A DNA stretch of 61,211 bases, filler included, from Streblomastix strix (Eukaryota): assembly GCA_008636045.1 (NCBI GenBank). It is 3 parts of 3 records of this genome, joined end to end, with 100 filler letters (N's around TTAATTAATTAA, not from the genome) between each part and the next. Parts side by side here need not be neighbours in the genome. Positions count along the whole stretch, not along the records: positions 40,888 to 61,211 come from SNRW01000440.1; 2 more parts are not named here. One strand, 5' to 3'. This document shows positions 54,197-61,211 of the stretch, piece after piece. The position numbers and the translations under genes were made by a program. Within the stretch, counting starts at the first letter, position 1. Each line of letters begins with the position of its first letter. The notes under the pieces are model-generated. The model saw nothing but the letters and a program-made list of their open reading frames with translations, was not told the origin of the DNA and did not search any database.

Positions 54197-54860
54197 TATG
54201 GCAGATATATTGGCGATAAGACAAAAATTCTGTCTCATGTTGGTGCATGCGTGCAAGCGCTGTGGAAGAATTGAATGAATTGATATATAAGACAAAATAT
54301 AAGACTAGACAAATCCTATGAACGCCAGCAATTTTATCTGCCATTGTCATATGCCATAAATGTCATATACTTCAATTTGAATCTAAATTTGAAGGTCTAG
54401 TGAATAATTAATGAATGAATCAATATATAGTTTGCCATAAGAATTATAGATATGGCATGACTCTTAAAGTATGTGAGACAAATTTGTCTTTTAGTTATTA
54501 GACATAGAAACTATTTTTGAAAATGAACGATTCTGTGATTATCGAAAATCCTTCAATATATTTGTGAAAATGAGGATAAGACAATTCTGAAAGTCGATCT
54601 TTGATAAGTCTGCCATAAATAGATTCAATGGTAATTTATGGCAGTGCAATTAAGGTAGAATTTAGGTTGAATGTTCACTAGATGTGGAGAATTAGATTCA
54701 AATCGAAGGATATGGCATTATGGCAGATGGCAGATGATTTGCACAAACTTCCGATGGATTTGTCTTGTTTTGTCTTTTGTCTTATATAGAGATTTATATA
54801 ATATTACCTATGATTCTAGTACATTAACACTAACATGCATAACCTTATAAGTCAAAAAAG
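54197..54860. repeat. second copy of the 164-bp module plus an inverted copy, forming a long imperfect inverted repeat
   Basis: 54197-54360 aligns with 51297-51460; 54197-54440 is complementary to ~54630-54860 (e.g. CTTCAATTTGAATCTAA vs TTAGATTCAAATCGAAG). Confidence 0.8.
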
Positions 54861-55316
54861 ATAAAATGGAAATAGATACCTGCTATTAAATTTTATATTA
54901 TTATCTCTAATCATTAAAAGGAAGGACTAATCGGGAGAATTAATAGGCAAAAATAAACCATTCTCATTGATTGTTTGGACTAATTCATCTTAATTTACCT
55001 TATTTATCTAATTATCTCTATTAATTAATGTAGTATTTTTATTGTTTCTTAGCTTATTATTATGTTATCTTACCGTCAAATAAATCCATTACAGTTTACA
55101 TAAATGCACTGTTTTTGTATCCTTTCTGTCTTTATTCTTTAGACAAATTAGATCCATTATGTGATATTGATTATATATAATCGTGATATCTTTAATCACT
55201 TTATTCTTTTTACTCTTTTTACTCTTTTTACTCTTTTTACTCTTTTGTCAAAGTCTTTTCGTCGTGTTTCATTTATTATAACATAAAAATAATTAATCAC
55301 AAAAATAAATTCTTTC

Positions 55317-55853
55317 TCATTGATTGTTTGATTAGTTGTTTGATTAGTTGTTTGACTAGTTGTTTGATTAGTTGTTTGATTGGTTGTTTGGTGAACTATT
55401 CTATTGATTGTACCGATCAATTATCTGGCTAATATGAAGTAAATCCTATACGTCATATATGATAGTTTTCTATAAACGTCGAATCAATAGAAGTTATAAA
55501 TCGTTAGCAGATGTTCGAAATTCCTATCGCTGAATTCTATATTTTTACTGTGTGCGTTGACGTTACTAGGTGGCTATCCGTTCAGCTTCTTCTAGTGAAC
55601 TATATTTTTTAGGTCTTCCTCTTAGTTCTATTTTCTCTTGATCTAATTATGTCAATGAAATAGGTTTAAGTGATGTATCATTTATAGGAGCATCAATTAT
55701 AGAAACATTTATTAAAGAAGCTTCAATTAAAGGAGCATCAATCGTAGGAACATGAAGCACTTCATCAATTGGACTGGATTATGTTTCAATCAATTATGGA
55801 ATTGGTTTCTTTGATTACCTTTTACGGATTTGTTTTGTTTCACTTGCTTGCAT
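55317..55853 (-). CDS. viral AT-hook DNA-binding protein (178 aa)
   Basis: Intact ATG-TGA frame; RGRPKKYSSLEEAERIA; C-terminal (NNQS)n. Confidence 0.75.
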
Positions 55854-55873
55854 TTGATTTAAAAATAAAAATC

Positions 55874-57744
55874 TCAATTACTTATATTAAATTAACTTTT
55901 ATAGTTTGCTGGCAATGAATTGATATAGTTACTTACGAATTTACAGTAATAAATAGAAAATTCAATTACATCAATTCCTTAGAACGGGTTCAACAATTTA
56001 CATACAACATTACCGTTTTTATAAGTAACGAATGTAGCTAACTCATTGAACTATCTTCTTTACTTCTAGAATCTTATATTTGTCCTAGCATAATCTGCAT
56101 GAATCATCAATATATTTCCACTCTTGAAATTGAATAGATTTTTCTGTTATTGATTCAAAATTATCTGTTCCGTTTGTGCTTATTTTTATCTTATGAATTT
56201 ACCTTCTAAATCCCTATTCAACTACACTTATTGAGGTGTGAATTTATTATGATATGATAGATGCGGTGTTTTGCTATATATATTAACCATCAATTACATC
56301 TTACTAGGAGTAGCAAATGCTAATAAATCTTAACCGAACCCATTTCTTATTTTACATATAGCACTATCAACTACTCTGTTATGTTAAGTGAAACAAAATG
56401 ATGTGAAGAATAATGATATATTGGTTTCATTGCAAAATTCTTTAATAATGTTAGCATTAAAAATCAGTCTCACCATCGCCTCTTATATTGTTAACATATA
56501 CCTATTTTATGAGTTTTTATAATGCAAGTTTAATCTATGCAGCACTCTTATCAATCATTGGTATCACAACTAGATATTTTGTATTAATATTGTTCGCAAA
56601 TAAGTATTGCTAATTTCTTCGTGTTATCGGATTTGTACCGAATACAAGATCAATTTCCCAAGACCCTAATTTTGGTGAGAAATATGGACGTTATAATTTA
56701 TTTAATGGTTTCACTTTAATATCTTTGATTTATGTTTATTTCGTTATTCTTTCATTATTGATTTTTTCGTATTATTTCATTTTTGATTTGAATGGAAATA
56801 TTGTTATTTATTATTGTTTAGTTTATGACTATAAATTAACATAAGGTAATCTTCTAATTGTTTTTGCAAGCTTTAATGGAGCATTATATTATTTTGCTTT
56901 ATTTATATATATTTAATACCATTCACTCATATTTTTTCAACCTAATTATATATCATCAGCTTTAATAATTAATATATCATATTCAGCTCTGCTCGGAGTA
57001 ATTTTCATATTTGAAATAAACTATGGAAATTTCATTATTTCTCCATTATTTGATCTTGCTAAATCTGTGAGTTAGTTCTACATATTAATTGCTGCTTCAC
57101 TAATCTACTGATCAGTTTGATCATATTTTTATAACAATAGTTCATATACTCTATCTTATTGAGCTTATGTAAGGTGATCTCTATACATTTTATCTTCAAA
57201 AATAATCATAAAATCAATGGCATAATTTACTTTCACAAGCATATTTTATACCTGCTTCATAGATAATTTTCCAGATACTTTTCCAATTTATTCCCAATGA
57301 ATCTAATGTTTCGAATGCAAGAGTAGTATTTGCAGCTAAATTTTCAGTTAATGGTATGAATAGCGTTTCGATTGGCATTTCATTAGCCAAAAATAAATCA
57401 ATCACTCATCAATATTCTCAACTATCTATTCTAATTCGTCATTATAATTATTTCGTACTTCATCGTAATTAATTGATACATTATGTAATCTGTTCTATTA
57501 ACTGTTTTCAACATTTAAGTTCAGTATCTCCTTCACTAGTTTTTATTTTAATAACTTATTCATTGATTTTTCTTGTTTTAATACACTCTTTTTTTGTGTC
57601 TAATTGATCTGCACATCAATTTAACTAATCAATAATTTGTTATAATTACATAGATAATTTGAATAATTCCTTAGTCTATCGCATTTATGAAGTGCATTAA
57701 TTAAGCTTATCAGCAACATCTTTGTACTTGTCTTATTTGTCCAT
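55874..57744 (-). pseudogene. Polinton-type retroviral-like integrase with long N-terminal extension
   Basis: RPYFSPKLGSWEIDLVF, YLFANNINTKYLVVIP, IRGDGE, HNRVVDSAI..IRN and YSKTPH; frameshifts and TGA upstream. The 5' part could be a separate gene. Confidence 0.82.
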
Positions 57745-57768
57745 TTTGATCAAACAAAAATAAATTAA

Positions 57769-60700
57769 TCACTATATAATATAATATCTGTCTGCTTTAA
57801 TCCCATGTATGAATGGAACGCACGATTGATTTTATAATACTATCATTTTTGTATGAGATCCAGTTATTGCATTTTTCTCCATTTTCAACCTGTTCATAGA
57901 CTCCTTGTGTTATGCTGACGTCGTATTAATAGCCGTTGTAACAGAACCCTTGTTTATACAATCCACGAATGTTTATTGATTGATCTACGGATTTTGATCC
58001 AAAATTACTCCCTTCAAAACAATCTCATCATTAATTATGTAATTTTTAGGTGATAAAGCAATACAGTTTAATCCATACTTTTTCACACCTAAATGCAATA
58101 TCTATTTCCTCTCATTATCCGTATACACACTATTTTTGTACCTATCATAGAACTATGAGTCTTTGATGACTGCTTCGAATAGTTACTCAGAACCACGATT
58201 TGAATCACCGCTAATCGCATAAGTGAGTGAATCAGTGTCCCCTTAAACGAAATGCATCTTTTACATATCATACGCCTTGTGCATGAAATTATATATAAAA
58301 TTAACGTACCAAAATTTTGCTGAACCTAATATGAAATATGCTTCTTATAAACAAGTATTACAGTGACAATTCTCTTTATCGACTTATACAGCGTACAAAT
58401 CATCGTTCAATTCTGTAGAATTAATGAAGCCAGACATCATATGCTATTGAAACGTTCGTTCAGACGATAGCAATTTTGTATTCGAGTACTTCTCTGAATT
58501 CAAACAATCACCACCAAAAGTTGAATTCAATATTATTTTTGCAAATTATGATAGTCCATCATTATGATCATCTTTCGCTTGCTATCTTATACTCATAAAT
58601 TCTTTAACAAACGAATTGAAATTAGTATGTTTCGTAAATGTTGTAACACTAACTATCTCGTTTATAATAAAGTTACAAATAAAAATAAGTAGCTATACAT
58701 AATAATTGTTAAAACTCATTACTTAATTCATTATATCCACAAGATTAGTCAATTTACGTTCAACTGAATCATGTGGAAGCTTATGCTCGACTAGATGATT
58801 ATATATAAATTCACCTATAGTTTCTTTATTAGTTTTATGTCAATGTTCCTTAATATTGGAGCCCAATTAATCACATCATTTAAATAATTTTCATCAATAT
58901 GACCCTTAACTTCTGCAACAAATAGATACATCTAATCAACAACTAACTTATCACTACTAAATTTATTAGCATCATAAATCAACTACATACATTTATTTTT
59001 TTCAGTAATCTTTTCAATTAATTGTGCTGGCATATATATTGTATTACAAGTGTATGGATTCAACGCGTTTGGTTCGCCACTCATAACTGATGGATATTAG
59101 CTATTGAAATCTAACTAAACTACATGCGTTTAAGCATAATCTGAATCGATAGAGTATACGCACTTATTCTCCTTATCGTACTCGAAATGATTGATTCTAG
59201 TTTCACCCGCAATATTATATCGATACATCAAATTTGATAAACCACCCGTTATTCCTTTACGTAATAACTAATATCCTTCATCACTTGTTAGTGTCATGGG
59301 TAATTATTTAAATAACGCATACTTCCTTAGTTATATCAGTAATTTCATCTAGTTTTCATCACGATTTGCTTTATAGGTATTACAGTACAAGCAGCATGGA
59401 ATAACATTGGATTTTGAATGACCTAACTTATTTTTATCCTATCAAGTGTAGGACGATTCTTCCAAGTAAATCTTGCATTACAAATATGACAACGTTAATT
59501 CTTGAATACATCTTTAAAATAATAATAATCGTCAATTGAGACATTATCACTTGAATCTCTATCCTTTTTACTATCTTATTCGATATAGCTTTCAACTTTC
59601 GATTTCCAGTAACACTACGTTATATCAATTGTTTTGTCAGTTGATTCATAATTGTAGTTATCATTAATATCGAAACTATTATAACACATAGTATATTTAA
59701 TAGCGTTTACGCATTAAGCCATAGAGATATTAGTCAACATATCAATCTTATATTTGAACATCGGATTAATGAAGAAATCAATTGGTTCGATTAATATTCT
59801 AGTATCTAATATATTATAATGCTTCAAATAATCCCATCGTGTTTTGAACTTTGCTGCTTCGACCAGATACTCCTTGTACTTAATTTCATTTAGCTTCTTA
59901 TTTCTTAATTAATTATCAAACGCATCAATCGGAAATGGTTCGCTTTTATTTAATTCTTCCATGAAATTATTAGTATTTATGAACTCGTGTGGAAACTTAC
60001 TTTTCTTATACTATCCATTTCCAAAATCTCGAACACAATCCTTCAATCTAGTATGTGTAGTGTAAATATTAAAATCAACAAACCTTAACTAAATTCCAAA
60101 TAGCTTATGTTTCACAAATATCTGTTTTGCTATTGATGTTGAGCCTAAATACTTCGAGATAGTCCAATCTTTTAACTTTAGATTCATAAATACATGTGAC
60201 GTATCAAATTTTGCTGAATTGAACCCAATAATTGGCACTTCAAAATATTACGGTATTGTCTCATCTTAGTAATTATTATCTTTCTTAACTTATTTACCTT
60301 CATCGAACAGTTACTCTAACCACTTATCTAAGAAATCATCAGTACGAATATCGTAATAGAATGAATGTATACCGCTAGCAGATTTGACAGTTGATGCGAT
60401 AGCATATGGAACTAACGTTGCAATAACTTATGAGCAATCACCGAATTTTTCATTAACTTTCCTCTCTAATGTTTCAATATCATATGTAATGTAGTATTAT
60501 GTAGGCTTGAACAAATGAGTTAGATTGTTCGCTAATAGATACTTGTATATCTTGTTAGATAATATATGAGGAACAAACGGTTTCGCAAATATCTCAAGAA
60601 TGACCTTTTTAACTATTTTTTCACCATTCTTTTGGCATTTTTTCATATGATTTCTCATTGATTATTATAGATTCTTATCACCTATTCGGAATGCTTATTT

Positions 60701-61211
60701 GTGACAGATATTACAATAACGGAATCCAGTTAATGCTTCAACATCAGATATATACATAATGTGAGCATTGATTCCATCGTTAATGAATAGGATATTGAAC
60801 TATTTTTCTTTATTTTCAATTGAATAGTTTTATAATAACTCATAACGTGGCGGACTATCTGAGTATGTATACATGTGCACATTAACTTATTCTTTATTTA
60901 TGAAATTATCAATATCATTAACAAAATCAAATCCTTAATAATTATCTCGAAATTCCACTCTATTATCCCTGAAGAATATACGCTTTGCTTCAGCGATTCG
61001 TGAACTATCCTTCCATTGTTTATCTTTCGAATTTGGCATTGTAATGAATGAATAGGCTGTCCAGAAGCATAGATTTACTTTACAGTCTACATAATAAATT
61101 TCTCTTCGTTTGATATGCTGTTTTAATGATGGAATTGCTGCACCTCCTAATGGATATTGAAATATGAAGAACATTACTGAGAATATTGCTATTATTTTTT
61201 CATGAGTATCA
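57769..61211 (-). pseudogene. protein-primed family B DNA polymerase (pPolB), 5'-truncated
   Basis: Exo I YDIETL, Exo II IGFNSAKFD, KFPHEF, Exo III-like YLKHYNILDT, Pol A LDFNSQYPS, Pol B KIILNSTFG, Pol C VQGDTDS and ALSPKNY...LKGV. Cys-rich insert; frameshifts near 59520 and 58840; TGA at 57769. Confidence 0.93.

Larger units (their letters stand above)
50280..61211. mobile_element. decayed endogenous Polinton/Maverick-like element, replication/integration module; truncated by window end, left boundary approximate
   Basis: Intronless pPolB, RVE-type integrase, AT-hook protein and PrimPol-SF3 helicase, with a repeat-rich non-coding left arm. Confidence 0.88.

Noticed and set aside
55200..55245. 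(TTTTTACTC)n repeat read as KRVKRV in the ORF track
   Set aside because: Short simple repeat downstream of the AT-hook gene stop; no evidence of coding.

Overview
This window is three concatenated eukaryotic contigs (1-20352, 20453-40787, 40888-61211) joined by artificial N-TTAATTAATTAA-N spacers. The DNA is very AT-rich and intron-rich and uses a reassigned code (TAA/TAG = Gln, TGA the only stop), so the supplied standard-code ORF track is mostly fragments or antisense noise. The code and intron density best fit an oxymonad such as Streblomastix (inference). Contig 1 is a mobile-element graveyard: two pogo-family transposase relics, a decayed surface-protein gene, a tandem pair of 278-bp non-autonomous Helitrons, and about 9 kb of a decayed endogenous Polinton-like DNA virus. 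That virus segment has an A32-type packaging ATPase, two phage-tail-fibre-like genes and a candidate capsid C-terminus, and is interrupted by a TA-flanked MITE. Contig 2 is ordinary host DNA: an SMC ATPase, a long coiled-coil protein, an EF-hand protein, SF3A2, a multi-TM protein, an ARM-like gene and a CCCH zinc-finger protein. Contig 3 has host genes (URO-D-family enzyme of probable bacterial origin, CTU2, myristoylated LRR-PP2C), then the replication arm of a second Polinton-like element: protein-primed PolB, retroviral-type integrase, AT-hook protein and a PrimPol-SF3 helicase. The helicase gene is bracketed by an unusual array of homologous iteron-like modules with different core motifs. 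All translations were done by eye with translation table 6; no database searches were run.
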